DNA of 64,000 nt from Gemmatimonadaceae bacterium (GCA_035469245.1 DATISA010000213.1:2595-66594); one strand, 5' to 3'. Shown: positions 46,132 through 55,511, numbered from the stretch's first letter. Notes: generated by a model from the sequence alone, not told the origin. Program-made: numbers and translations.

Positions 46132-48078
46132 CTAGGCGTGCGTCGCGACGAGGGTGCCAAGGGCATCGGTCGCCGCGGTCCACGCCTCGAGCTCGGAGTC
46201 GAGCCGACGCTTCAGGTCTTCGAGCTCCCCACCAAGCCGACGCGCGTCGGCTACGCCGTCCGGGTGCATGTACAGCTCCGGATCTTGAAGTCGAGTCGTC
46301 AGCTCGGCGACCCGTTTTTCGAGCCGTTGCACATTCTCTTCGAGCTCGGCGACGCGCCTCTGGGCTTCGCGAATGGAGGCACGCGCTTCACGCGTCGCGT
46401 CATCGCGTCGCGCCGTCCGCTTGCGTTCCTGCACCCGGCGGAGCGCCTCGTCCTCGGCCGCCTGCACAGCGGCTGCGTGCGCGCGCTCGGCGGCGACGGT
46501 CTCCCACTCGGCGAAATTGCCGTCGAAGTCGGTGATGTGCTGATCGTGGAGTACCCACACTCGCGTGGTGAGGGCGCGCAGCAGCGCGCGATCGTGACTC
46601 ACGAGCAGGATGGTGCCGTCGTACTCCGCGAGCGCGTCTTCGAGCGCTTCGATCGATTCCACGTCGAGATGGTTTGTCGGCTCGTCGAGAATCAGCAGGT
46701 TCGCGCGGCTGAGCATCAACATCGCCAGAGCGACGCGGGCACGCTCGCCGCCTGAAAGCGTGTCGGCGCGCCGCTGCACCTCGTCGCCGGAAAACCCGAA
46801 CCGGCCGAGGTGTCCTTGAACGAGCCGGCGGTCCCATGTCGGACGCAAATCGTTGATGACGTCGTAGATCGATTTGCCCATCGGCAGTTGCGTCAGATCC
46901 TGCCGGTAGTACCCGACGACGATCCCGCCGCCCAAGCGAAGTTCACCACTGGCAACCGGGTGCTCACCGAGCAGCGCGCGAATCAGGGTCGACTTACCCG
47001 CTCCGTTCGGACCGACCAGACCCAAGGTGTCGCCACGCATGAGTGTCCCGGTGAAATCCTGCACCAGGATCCTCTGACCGACCTTCAGGGTCGCATGCTC
47101 GGCTGTCGCGACGCGATCGCCTCCGCGTTCGCCGACGTCGAAGCGAAGGGCCATGGCGCCTGCGTCTTCGGCCGGGACACTCAACCGAGGCATGCGTTCG
47201 AGCCGTTTGCGTCTGCCCTTCGCCTGCTTGCTGTTCTGGCCCGCGATGTTGCGCGCAATATACGCTTCCTCACTCGCAATCTTGCGCTGTTGCTGGGCGA
47301 ATTGGCGCTGTTGGGTGAGCCGCCGAAGTGACCGCTGCTCGATGAACGACATGTAGCCGCCAGCGTATGCCGAAGTTGTCGCATTTTCGAGATGGAGCAC
47401 GTGGTCGACGACCGCCGAGAGAAACGCGCGATCGTGGCTGATGAGCAGGATCGTCGCCGGCGAGCTCGCGAGGTAGTCCTCCAGCCAACGAGTCGTTTCG
47501 AGATCGAGGTGGTTCGTCGGCTCGTCGAGCAGCAGCACATCCGCCGGGCTGACGAGCTGCCGGGCAAGGCCGAGCCGTCCGCGCTCGCCGCCGCTGAGTT
47601 GCTCGACGCGCATGGTGCGTGCGTCTGCTGGATCGAAGCCGAGTCCGTGCAGGACTGCGTCGACCCGCGGCGCGATCGTGTAACCGCCTTCGTGCTCGAA
47701 CCGCTCGAGGTCCTTGCCGTACCGATCGAGCGCCGCCTCGCTGGAGTCGTGTTCCAGTCGCGCCGCCTGCTCGACGAGCGATCGTTCCAGCGTCAACAGT
47801 TCCGCGAACGTTCCCGCCGCAGCCTCCCACACGGTCACCGCCCCGCCAAAGTCCCTGTGCTGTTCCAGAAGGGAAACCCGCAAGCCAGGCTGACGTGCAA
47901 TCTGGCCGCGTGTCGGAGCCAGCTCACCGGTCAGAAGCCGGAATAGCGTCGTCTTGCCCGTTCCATTCCTTCCGACGATGCCCCATCGTTCGCCTGCGGC
48001 CACGGTAAAGGTCACGCGATCGAACAACGTGGACGCGCCGAACTCGACGGCGACGTCGGAGAACGCGAGTTGGGTCAC
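46132..48078 (-). CDS. ABC-F family ATPase (Uup/EttA-like, two ABC domains + C-terminal coiled coil)
   Basis: Walker A GRNGTGKTT and GPNGAGKST. Signatures LSGGERGR and LSGGERAR. C-terminal EALRRVQERK...VAELEENVQRLEKRVAELT. The GTG at 48078 overlaps the upstream stop (GTGA). Confidence 0.9.
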   Translation of the reverse strand: MTQLAFSDVAVEFGASTLFDRVTFTVAAGERWGIVGRNGTGKTTLFRLLTGELAPTRGQIARQPGLRVSLLEQHRDFGGAVTVWEAAAGTFAELLTLERSLVEQAARLEHDSSEAALDRYGKDLERFEHEGGYTIAPRVDAVLHGLGFDPADARTMRVEQLSGGERGRLGLARQLVSPADVLLLDEPTNHLDLETTRWLEDYLASSPATILLISHDRAFLSAVVDHVLHLENATTSAYAGGYMSFIEQRSLRRLTQQRQFAQQQRKIASEEAYIARNIAGQNSKQAKGRRKRLERMPRLSVPAEDAGAMALRFDVGERGGDRVATAEHATLKVGQRILVQDFTGTLMRGDTLGLVGPNGAGKSTLIRALLGEHPVASGELRLGGGIVVGYYRQDLTQLPMGKSIYDVINDLRPTWDRRLVQGHLGRFGFSGDEVQRRADTLSGGERARVALAMLMLSRANLLILDEPTNHLDVESIEALEDALAEYDGTILLVSHDRALLRALTTRVWVLHDQHITDFDGNFAEWETVAAERAHAAAVQAAEDEALRRVQERKRTARRDDATREARASIREAQRRVAELEENVQRLEKRVAELTTRLQDPELYMHPDGVADARRLGGELEDLKRRLDSELEAWTAATDALGTLVATHA

Positions 48079-48422
48079 TTTGCTATCCAGCTCTTCCAGT
48101 CGTGCTCCGCCTCGCCCACGGTCAGCAGGTTCCCGTTGCGGACCAATGGCATTCGGAGCAGCAATGGCTCGTCGACGAGCTTGTCGATCCATCGCTGTTC
48201 GGAAAGCTGCGCGTGCGCCAGGCCGAGCTCCGTGAACCGCCTGGAATGGCGGTCGAGAAGCCCCGCGATGCCGAATTTCTGCACGAATCGGCGGAGTTCG
48301 CCAAGCGATGCCGGCCGCTCCACCAGATCGACAAAATGCGTCTTGATCCGGCGTTCGGCGAAGAACCGCAGCGCTTTGCGTGTCTCGGCGCTCTTTCTCA
48401 CTCCAAAAACCTGAACTTCCAT
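48075..48422 (-). CDS. ArsC/Spx-family fold protein lacking any cysteine
   Basis: MEVQVFGVRKSAETRKALRFFAERRIKTHFVDL aligns with the iYg...C..crKA..wL...gi pattern, but the redox Cys is Ser. There is no Cys in the 115 aa. Confidence 0.65.
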   Translation of the reverse strand: MEVQVFGVRKSAETRKALRFFAERRIKTHFVDLVERPASLGELRRFVQKFGIAGLLDRHSRRFTELGLAHAQLSEQRWIDKLVDEPLLLRMPLVRNGNLLTVGEAEHDWKSWIAK

Positions 48423-48479
48423 CGCTTGGGGTAAGCTGTTATTGATCGCGACCCTTGAACGGCCGAGAGAGCTGCCATC

Positions 48480-49499
48480 GTGTCCTCCAACCGCCGAAGC
48501 GAACATACTTACCGTCCGGCATGGTGGGTACCGGGAGGTCACGCACAGACCCTCTGGGGCAAGTTCTTCCGGCCCCGACCGCGAATCCGCGCGCGACTGG
48601 AGCGTTGGGATACGCCGGACGGAGATTTTCTGGAGCTGTTGAGGATGGAATCCCGGACGAGTGGTGCGCCGCGACTCCTTCTGCTCCACGGCCTCGAGGG
48701 CACGGTCCGGTCGCACTACGTGGCGCCCTTTTTCGAGGAGGCGGATCGGCGCGGATGGGCGGCCGACCTCCTCATTTTTCGTGGCTGCGGTACGGAGCCG
48801 AATTACGCGCCCCGTTTCTATCACTCCGGAGAAACGACCGACCTCGCATTCGTGCTCGACCGACTCCTCGAGGAGGACGACCACGGCGCGATCGTGCTGG
48901 CGGGCGTGTCGCTCGGCGGGAACGTCTTGCTGAAATTCCTGGGCGAACGGGCGGGGACGCTGCCGCCGCAGATCAAGGCGGCGGCGGCGATTTCCGTACC
49001 GTACGATCTCGAGCGTGGAGCCCGCTTCATCTCGCAGGGTTTCTCGCGAATCTACGATCGACACTTCCTATCGACGCTGCGCGAAAAGGCCCTGCGTAAA
49101 CTCGATCGGTACCCGGACCTCTTCAATCGCGATCGCCTTCGAGAAGCCCGGACGATCTTCCAGTTCGATGACGCTGTCACCGCGCCAGTCCATGGCTTCC
49201 GGGACGCGCACGACTATTACTTTCGATCCAGCTCGCTTCGTTGGCTGGCCGCCATCCGGATACCCACGTTTCTGCTCAGCGCGGTCGATGATCCGTTTCT
49301 TCCTCCGGACGTCCTCGCCGAGGCGCGTGAGTTGGCAGCCGGCAACCCGAATCTCGCGCTCGAGTTCACTCAGCGTGGGGGACACGTCGGGTTCGTTTCG
49401 GGCGCCTGGCCGTGGCGCGCGTCGTATTACTCCGAGCAGCGGGCTTGCGAGTTCCTCAGCGAAGTGATCGGCCGCAACCATTCGGAGGCCGGAGCTTGA
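48480..49499 (+). CDS. Alpha/beta hydrolase, YheT/ABHD1-3-like
   Basis: LLLLHGLEGTVRSHYV, nucleophile elbow GVSLGGNVLLKFLGE, C-terminal RGGHVGF. Confidence 0.8.
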   Translation: MSSNRRSEHTYRPAWWVPGGHAQTLWGKFFRPRPRIRARLERWDTPDGDFLELLRMESRTSGAPRLLLLHGLEGTVRSHYVAPFFEEADRRGWAADLLIFRGCGTEPNYAPRFYHSGETTDLAFVLDRLLEEDDHGAIVLAGVSLGGNVLLKFLGERAGTLPPQIKAAAAISVPYDLERGARFISQGFSRIYDRHFLSTLREKALRKLDRYPDLFNRDRLREARTIFQFDDAVTAPVHGFRDAHDYYFRSSSLRWLAAIRIPTFLLSAVDDPFLPPDVLAEARELAAGNPNLALEFTQRGGHVGFVSGAWPWRASYYSEQRACEFLSEVIGRNHSEAGA

Positions 49500-49637
49500 A
49501 ATGAAGGCGCGGCCGACGCATTGTCCCGGACCGCGCCGGTACGAGTTGGTCCTGGCCAGCTCATCGCGGTGCATATCACGGCAACCGATGCCGGACGCCA
49601 CTATGCCGTCGGCTGACAATCTCGCACCCAAGAGCTC

Positions 49638-50174
49638 GTGTTCATGAAGGTCGTGTACCTCGTTGCGTTCATCGGTGGACTATTACTCGCTGTCCGGATC
49701 ATGATCGCCGGCGTCGAACGACCGCGCGACGCAAGCCCGAGCGGTGAACGCTCATTTCGCCTCTCGCCGCCCGTGTTCGTCGCCTTCAGCATTGTGTTTG
49801 GCGTAACCGGGTATGTCCTCTCGCAGCGCCAATACGGCACTGCTGAGACACGGGTATTGATTGCCGTTGTGCTTGGCGGCGCTGCATCGGGAATGGCGGC
49901 ACGACTCGTGAGACGCTGGTGGAAGGTCGTGCCCGAGCACGACGTCGACGACGAGCGCTATGTGCTGCAAGGGCAGGTCGGCCGTGTGACGAAGCCGATC
50001 CATGGTGACGTTGAAGGAGAAGTGACGTTCGGGGTCGGGAACGAGCGCCGATCGCTACGCGCCCGCGATCTCGGCGGCGGCTCCATCATGGCGGACACCG
50101 AGGTCGTGATCGAGCGAATCGAGAATGACGTCGCGTACGTCGAATCGTGGCATGAAGTCGAGAAGCGACTGTAG
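49638..50174 (+). CDS. NfeD-like membrane protein (TM helices + C-terminal OB-like domain)
   Basis: Three hydrophobic helices, then LQGQVGRVTKPIHGDVEGEVTFGVGNERRSLRARDLGGGSIMADTEVVIERIENDVAYVE, resembling the NfeD soluble domain. Confidence 0.45.
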   Translation: MFMKVVYLVAFIGGLLLAVRIMIAGVERPRDASPSGERSFRLSPPVFVAFSIVFGVTGYVLSQRQYGTAETRVLIAVVLGGAASGMAARLVRRWWKVVPEHDVDDERYVLQGQVGRVTKPIHGDVEGEVTFGVGNERRSLRARDLGGGSIMADTEVVIERIENDVAYVESWHEVEKRL

Positions 50175-50188
50175 GTCGGGGAGACACG

Positions 50189-50461
50189 ATGTGGGACGCC
50201 GTACTGTGCATACTGATCATCGGCGGCTTCTTCGTGCTCCGGGCCATACTGGCCACGGTGTTCTTCTTCTATTTGCTCCCTGACGGCGACCGCTGTCCGA
50301 ACTGCGATGCAGTCACGCTACGCGTCGAGTCGCGTGGCTGGAACGCGCTCTTACCGTGGTTCCGGACCAGCTGGTGTTATGAGTGCGGATGGCACGGACT
50401 GCTGCGTCGAGGGCCCCTCACACCGGCGTCACCTTCCGCCGAGTTGACGAAGCGATCGTGA
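50189..50461 (+). CDS. Small membrane-anchored Cys4 zinc-ribbon protein
   Basis: TM helix VLCILIIGGFFVLRAILATVFFFYLL, then CPNC...(25 aa)...CYEC. Confidence 0.5.
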   Translation: MWDAVLCILIIGGFFVLRAILATVFFFYLLPDGDRCPNCDAVTLRVESRGWNALLPWFRTSWCYECGWHGLLRRGPLTPASPSAELTKRS

Positions 50462-50472
50462 CCTGACCCGCG

Positions 50473-50763
50473 TCAGCGGCTGGATGCGTACAGCTTCAGC
50501 CAGTCCGGCCAATTGCCGCTCAACTCGAAGAAGTCGTCGAAATACGCGAGACCCCGGCTCTCCAGGTCGCCCACGAGCTCGACGAGAGCATCTCCTTGTT
50601 CGCCATGGATCGGCCCAATCGCGATGCAATCACCTTCGACGCGAAATTCATCGGCCGTGAGACCGAGCCGTGCGTCGATTTCCGCACGGCTCAAGTCACT
50701 CGCCTCGTATGCCTGCCGCCGAATGAACAGTGTCGGCGCGCCAGATGATATCGGAAGGGCCAC
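50473..50763 (-). CDS. Small acidic hypothetical protein (96 aa)
   Basis: The ORF fills the gap. Good GC3. No recognisable motif. Confidence 0.45.
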   Translation of the reverse strand: MALPISSGAPTLFIRRQAYEASDLSRAEIDARLGLTADEFRVEGDCIAIGPIHGEQGDALVELVGDLESRGLAYFDDFFELSGNWPDWLKLYASSR

Positions 50764-50859
50764 GGGATCGCCTCGGTTCGCTCACGGGCGTTGAATATAC
50801 GCGCATCGGAATTCCCTACTGATTCACGGCCGGCGGCGCGTCGCCTTAGCTTTGATCGC

Positions 50860-52806
50860 ATGGATGAGACACGCGCTGGCCAGGTCGAGGCGACGTTCGA
50901 CGTTGTGGTGGTCGGGGCGGGCCACGCCGGCACCGAAGCCGCCGTGGCGGCCGCACGGGCCGGCGCACGTGTAGGCCTGATCACCAGCGCGCTCGAGACC
51001 ATCGGGCAGATGTCCTGCAATCCAGCGATTGGTGGGATCGCCAAGGGCACGGTCGTACGGGAAGTCGACGCCTTTGGCGGGATCATGGGCCGAGCGACCG
51101 ACCTGGCATCGCTTCAGTTCCGGATGCTGAATCGGAGCAAGGGGCCAGCCGTGTGGGCACCTCGCGCGCAGTGCGATCGCGGGCTTTATCGCCGTGCCGT
51201 TCGTGCGCTCATCGAGGAGCACGCCAACGTGCAGCCGATCCAGGGAACCGTTGCACGCCTGGTGCTGGTAGAGGGCGAGAATCCGATTGCCGGTGTCGAG
51301 ACGCTCGAGGGCCGGCGATTTGGTGCGAGCTGCGTTGTGATCACGACGGGGACGTTCCTGCGCGGCCGGATTCACATTGGCACGGCGACCAAGATGGGCG
51401 GTGGGCGGGCGGGAGAATCGGCGACCACGCACCTTGCGGAGCAGCTCGACGCCGTGGGACTTGCGGTCGCGCGGTTCAAGACCGGCACGCCGCCGCGCAT
51501 CGACGGGCGTTCGGTCGACTTTTCACGGCTCGAACAACAGGACAGCGAGATCGAGCGGTTCGATTTCTCGTGGTCACACTTCTGGACGACCCCGCGCCGG
51601 ACGGCTGGAGGAACCCGGCACCCGGCACAGCTTCCGTGCTGGGTGACATTCCTCGGCGAGTCGGGGAAACGCATCATCCAGGACAACATCGGGCTTTCGG
51701 CGATGTACGGGGGCGCGATCGCGTCTCGCGGGCCGCGGTACTGTCCGTCGGTGGAGGACAAGGTCGTGAAGTTTCCCGCCGCCGACCGGCACCAGCTCTT
51801 CCTGGAACCGGAAGGGCACGACACGTCCGAGCTTTATGTGAACGGAGTGTCGACGTCGCTCCCCGCGCCGGTGCAGCTGGACGTCCTGCGCTCCGTCCCC
51901 GGCCTCGAGCAGGTGCGGATGACGCGCGCGGGCTACGCGATCGAGTACGACTATTATCCGCCGACGCAGCTCGACTCGACTCTGCAGGTGAAGGCGATCC
52001 CCGGACTCTTCTTCGCCGGACAGATCAACGGCACGACGGGCTACGAGGAAGCGGCGGGCCAGGGCGTGGTTGCCGGCCTGAACGCCGCGCTGCGGACCCA
52101 GAATCGGCCGGGCATCATCCTCGGTCGAGAGACTTCTTATATCGGTGTTCTCATTAACGATCTGGTAACGCGAGGCGTGGACGAGCCGTACCGCCTCTTC
52201 ACATCGCGGTCGGAGTTCCGGCTCACCGTCCGGCAGGACAACGCCCTGCGCCGGCTCGCCGAGATCGGCCAGCGCCTTGGTCTCTATTCGGCCGGCGAGG
52301 AACGAGCGATCGAGCGGCGATTCGCCGACGAGACGAGCGCGCGACAGCTCGCGGAAACGACGAGCATCTCGCCGGCTCGCGCTTCGACGGTACTGGCGCC
52401 TGCCGGCAGCGCGCCGCTAGCGCACTCGGTGAAAATCGCCGAGCTCGCGAAGCGGCAGGACATATCGTTGCGGGCGCTGTTCGCTGCCGTGGATGTTGGC
52501 GATTCTCTCGACCGTGACGCGACGATCACGGCCGAGCTCGAGCTCAAATATGCGGGCTATTTTTCGCGCGAGCGCGATCAGGCGGCGAAGCTGCAGCGAA
52601 TGGGAACATTCAGGCTTCGAGCCGACCTGCCGTACGACGAGATCCGCTCGCTGTCGTTCGAGTCGCGTCAGAAGCTCGCCGCGATTCGGCCGGCGACGCT
52701 CGCCGAAGCCGCGCGTATCCCTGGCGTGAGCCCCACCGACTTGCAGAACCTGGTGCTGGAGATCGAGAAGCGTTCCAGGCGCTCGGAAATGGCACTCGGC
52801 GACTGA
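50860..52806 (+). CDS. mnmG: tRNA uridine 5-carboxymethylaminomethyl modification enzyme MnmG (GidA)
   Basis: FDVVVVGAGHAGTEAA, MSCNPAIGGIAKG, GPRYCPSVEDK, FFAGQINGTTGYEEAAGQG. Start at MDETRAG (50860). Confidence 0.95.
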   Translation: MDETRAGQVEATFDVVVVGAGHAGTEAAVAAARAGARVGLITSALETIGQMSCNPAIGGIAKGTVVREVDAFGGIMGRATDLASLQFRMLNRSKGPAVWAPRAQCDRGLYRRAVRALIEEHANVQPIQGTVARLVLVEGENPIAGVETLEGRRFGASCVVITTGTFLRGRIHIGTATKMGGGRAGESATTHLAEQLDAVGLAVARFKTGTPPRIDGRSVDFSRLEQQDSEIERFDFSWSHFWTTPRRTAGGTRHPAQLPCWVTFLGESGKRIIQDNIGLSAMYGGAIASRGPRYCPSVEDKVVKFPAADRHQLFLEPEGHDTSELYVNGVSTSLPAPVQLDVLRSVPGLEQVRMTRAGYAIEYDYYPPTQLDSTLQVKAIPGLFFAGQINGTTGYEEAAGQGVVAGLNAALRTQNRPGIILGRETSYIGVLINDLVTRGVDEPYRLFTSRSEFRLTVRQDNALRRLAEIGQRLGLYSAGEERAIERRFADETSARQLAETTSISPARASTVLAPAGSAPLAHSVKIAELAKRQDISLRALFAAVDVGDSLDRDATITAELELKYAGYFSRERDQAAKLQRMGTFRLRADLPYDEIRSLSFESRQKLAAIRPATLAEAARIPGVSPTDLQNLVLEIEKRSRRSEMALGD

Positions 52807-52961
52807 ACGGTTGTAGCATCCAGTAGTGGATTGTGGGGCGCGGTTTATGTGCATTTTGCTACTATTAGCAGAGGACCAGGGTCGATCCGGATGCTACGTG
52901 TAGCCGAGCATCCGCTGTGCGTCTGATCCAGAGAATCAACCACCCCTGCAGGAGTTTTCTC

Positions 52962-53678
52962 GTGCGTCACCTCATGACCGTGGTGTTGGCAGTCGCGAGC
53001 GCGACATTGGTTCCGAATGTGATCGTTGCTCAGTCGCCTTCGACGACGCCACCGCAAATCATCGCGACTGGCATGGGGGAAGCATCGATCTCGCCGGACC
53101 GCGCGACCATTTTCGTCGGCGTGCAGACGCGTGCTAACACGGTTGGGCCAGCGGCGGCCGATAATGCCCGGCGACAGCGCGCCATTCTCGATACTCTGAG
53201 GGCACTTGGTCTGGGCGCCGATCAGCTTTCGACGCTCAACTACAGTGTGACTCCGGAGATGCAGTATGCACCCAACCAACCGCCGCGGGTGACCGGCTAC
53301 GTGGTGCGGAATACCGTGCGAGCGAATGTCCGCCGGATCGATGAGGTTGGGAAGGTGATCGACGCGGCGCTCGCGAAAGGCGCGAACGAGATCTCGAGTC
53401 TGCAATTCTTTTCGTCGAAGGCGGACTCCGTGCGCCGCGTTGCCATGGCGGAAGCCGTAACCAATGCGCGGGCGGACGCGGAGGCGATAGCCCGCGCTGC
53501 TGGCGGAAATCTCGGTCAGCTGCTCGAGGCGACGACCGCTGCGTTCCCAAGGCCCATCCAGGAGATCGCACTGGGCAAGGCGCAGATGGCAGCGGCCGCC
53601 CCGACGCCGATCGAACCTGGCGAACAGACGATTTCGGTGACCGTGACCGCCCGTTGGGCGTTCGTGCCTGGCCGCTGA
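52962..53678 (+). CDS. SIMPL/DUF541 family periplasmic protein
   Basis: ISPDRATIFVGVQTRA...AAADNARRQRAILDTLRALG...IEPGEQTISVTVTARW is the typical SIMPL pattern. GTG at 52962 follows GCAGGAG; alternative ATG at 52974. Confidence 0.75.
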   Translation: MRHLMTVVLAVASATLVPNVIVAQSPSTTPPQIIATGMGEASISPDRATIFVGVQTRANTVGPAAADNARRQRAILDTLRALGLGADQLSTLNYSVTPEMQYAPNQPPRVTGYVVRNTVRANVRRIDEVGKVIDAALAKGANEISSLQFFSSKADSVRRVAMAEAVTNARADAEAIARAAGGNLGQLLEATTAAFPRPIQEIALGKAQMAAAAPTPIEPGEQTISVTVTARWAFVPGR

Positions 53679-53698
53679 GTCCTGGAAGACCGAACCTG

Positions 53699-53750
53699 AC
53701 AACGTGCCACGTGGCACATCGATGAGCCGATGTGCCACGTGGCACGTTGT
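53699..53750. promoter_or_regulatory. Perfect 23+6+23 bp inverted repeat with two GTGCCACGTGGCAC palindromes; candidate variant parS pair and/or terminator
   Basis: ACAACGTGCCACGTGGCACATCG atgagc CGATGTGCCACGTGGCACGTTGT. Lies 20 nt after the SIMPL stop and 80 nt before the parA GTG. Confidence 0.5.
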
Positions 53751-53829
53751 TTCGAGGCCAGACGCCAGGTAGATTGGCCGCACGCCGCTGTTACCGCCAA
53801 TCGATCGAGCCAAATCCCTCAGTGAGCCA

Positions 53830-54597
53830 GTGGCCCGCGTAATCGCCATAGCAAATCAGAAGGGTGGAGTCGGAAAGACGACGACCGCTGTGAATCTTGC
53901 GGCGAGTCTCGCCGCCGCAGAGCAGCGAACCCTTTTGATAGACGGCGATCCTCAAGGCAACGCGACAAGCGGAATCGGAGTCGATAGAGCGTCGATCGGC
54001 ACGACCGTTTACGACGTCCTGGTCGGAGACCGCCAAATACGGGACGCGACGGTTCGGCACGTCCACTTTGACCTACTCGACGTGGTCCCAGCAACCCCCG
54101 ACTTGGCCGGCGCGGAGGTCGAGCTCGTCGAGAGACCGAATCGCGACAGAGTGATGCGAGCTGCAGTCGCCGCAGTACGCGATGAGTATGACTATGTGTT
54201 GATCGACTGCCCGCCGTCACTGGGCTTGATCACGCTCAACATGTTGGCTGCCGCGGATGCACTCCTGATCCCACTCCAGTGCGAATACTACGCGCTCGAA
54301 GGGATTTCACAGCTCCTGAACACCGTGCATCTCGTGCAGCGGAGCGTGAATCCCGAACTCGCAATCGACGGCGTGCTCCTCACGATGTATGACGCGAGGC
54401 TCAATCTCTCGCGGCAAGTGGCGGCGGAGGCGCGAGAGTATTTTGGTGCCCAGGTGTTTGAAGCCGTCGTGCCCAGAAACGTTCGTTTGGCAGAGGCGCC
54501 GAGTTTCGGGAAGCCGATAATCCTGTATGACGTCACGTCCGTCGGCGCACAAGCGTATATCAATGTTGCCAAAGAACTTATGAGGAGGCGAAAATGA
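53830..54597 (+). CDS. parA: Chromosome partitioning ATPase ParA/Soj
   Basis: Deviant Walker A NQKGGVGKTTT, DCPPSLG. GTG start. Confidence 0.95.
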   Translation: MARVIAIANQKGGVGKTTTAVNLAASLAAAEQRTLLIDGDPQGNATSGIGVDRASIGTTVYDVLVGDRQIRDATVRHVHFDLLDVVPATPDLAGAEVELVERPNRDRVMRAAVAAVRDEYDYVLIDCPPSLGLITLNMLAAADALLIPLQCEYYALEGISQLLNTVHLVQRSVNPELAIDGVLLTMYDARLNLSRQVAAEAREYFGAQVFEAVVPRNVRLAEAPSFGKPIILYDVTSVGAQAYINVAKELMRRRK

Positions 54598-55511
54598 GTG
54601 CGGAAACGCCGAGGCGGCTCGGCCGAGGATTGGAGGCGCTCATTCCCGCCGGTGGCGCGCTCCAGCAGACTGCCGCAACCAGCGATCTCCAAAGAATTCA
54701 GATTTCGCGAATCAGGCCAAATCCGTTTCAGCCCAGGCGCGAGATTGACGCTGCCGAGCTTGTCGAACTCGAGCAGTCACTCAAGTCGAGTGGATTGCTA
54801 CAGCCGATAACCGTTCGCCGACGGGGTGACGCCTTTGAGCTGATCGCTGGCGAGCGCCGTTTCCGCGCCGCCAGCAACCTCGGCTGGTCCGAGATCTCGG
54901 CAATCGTCCGGGACTTCGACGACCGCACGATGCTCGTCCTCGCTTTGGTCGAGAACTTACAGAGGGCGGATCTCAACGCTATCGAAGAAGCTCGCGGATA
55001 CCGCCGCCTCATCGAGGACTTCCAGCTGACCCAGCAGCAAGTCGCAGAGGCGGTGGGGAAGGATCGGACAACCGTGACGAATCTGCTGAGAATCCTCTCG
55101 CTGCCGGAGGAGGTTCAGCAATTGGTTCAGACACGGGCACTGACGTCGGGCCACGCACGAGCCCTCCTCGGCTTGGCACCGGAACATTCGACGGCAGAGC
55201 TCGCCAAGCGTGCTGTTGCGGCTGGCATGAGCGTGAGGGCTCTTGAACAGCTCGTCCGAACGATGTCGGCGCCGGTACCCATAAAACCCGACAGCGCTAG
55301 TGCTGGCTCTCGGACAACTTCGCCCAGAGCAAGCGCGGCGGTAAGGGCGGTCGAGGACGCCTTGCGCCGGTACCTGCAAACGGACGTGCGGATCGCCATC
55401 GCTGGCGAAGAGAAGGGGACCGTCGAACTGAAGTATTACTCGAACGACGATCTCGATCGGCTACTCGCGCTGATTCTTCGAGAAAAGATGGAAGATTTTT
55501 CGACAGAATAG
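54594..55511 (+). CDS. parB: Chromosome partitioning protein ParB/Spo0J
   Basis: LGRGLEALI, NPFQPRREID, GERRFRAA (arginine patch), HTH QQQVAEAVGKDRTTVTNLLRIL. ATGA overlap with parA. Confidence 0.95.
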   Translation: MSAETPRRLGRGLEALIPAGGALQQTAATSDLQRIQISRIRPNPFQPRREIDAAELVELEQSLKSSGLLQPITVRRRGDAFELIAGERRFRAASNLGWSEISAIVRDFDDRTMLVLALVENLQRADLNAIEEARGYRRLIEDFQLTQQQVAEAVGKDRTTVTNLLRILSLPEEVQQLVQTRALTSGHARALLGLAPEHSTAELAKRAVAAGMSVRALEQLVRTMSAPVPIKPDSASAGSRTTSPRASAAVRAVEDALRRYLQTDVRIAIAGEEKGTVELKYYSNDDLDRLLALILREKMEDFSTE

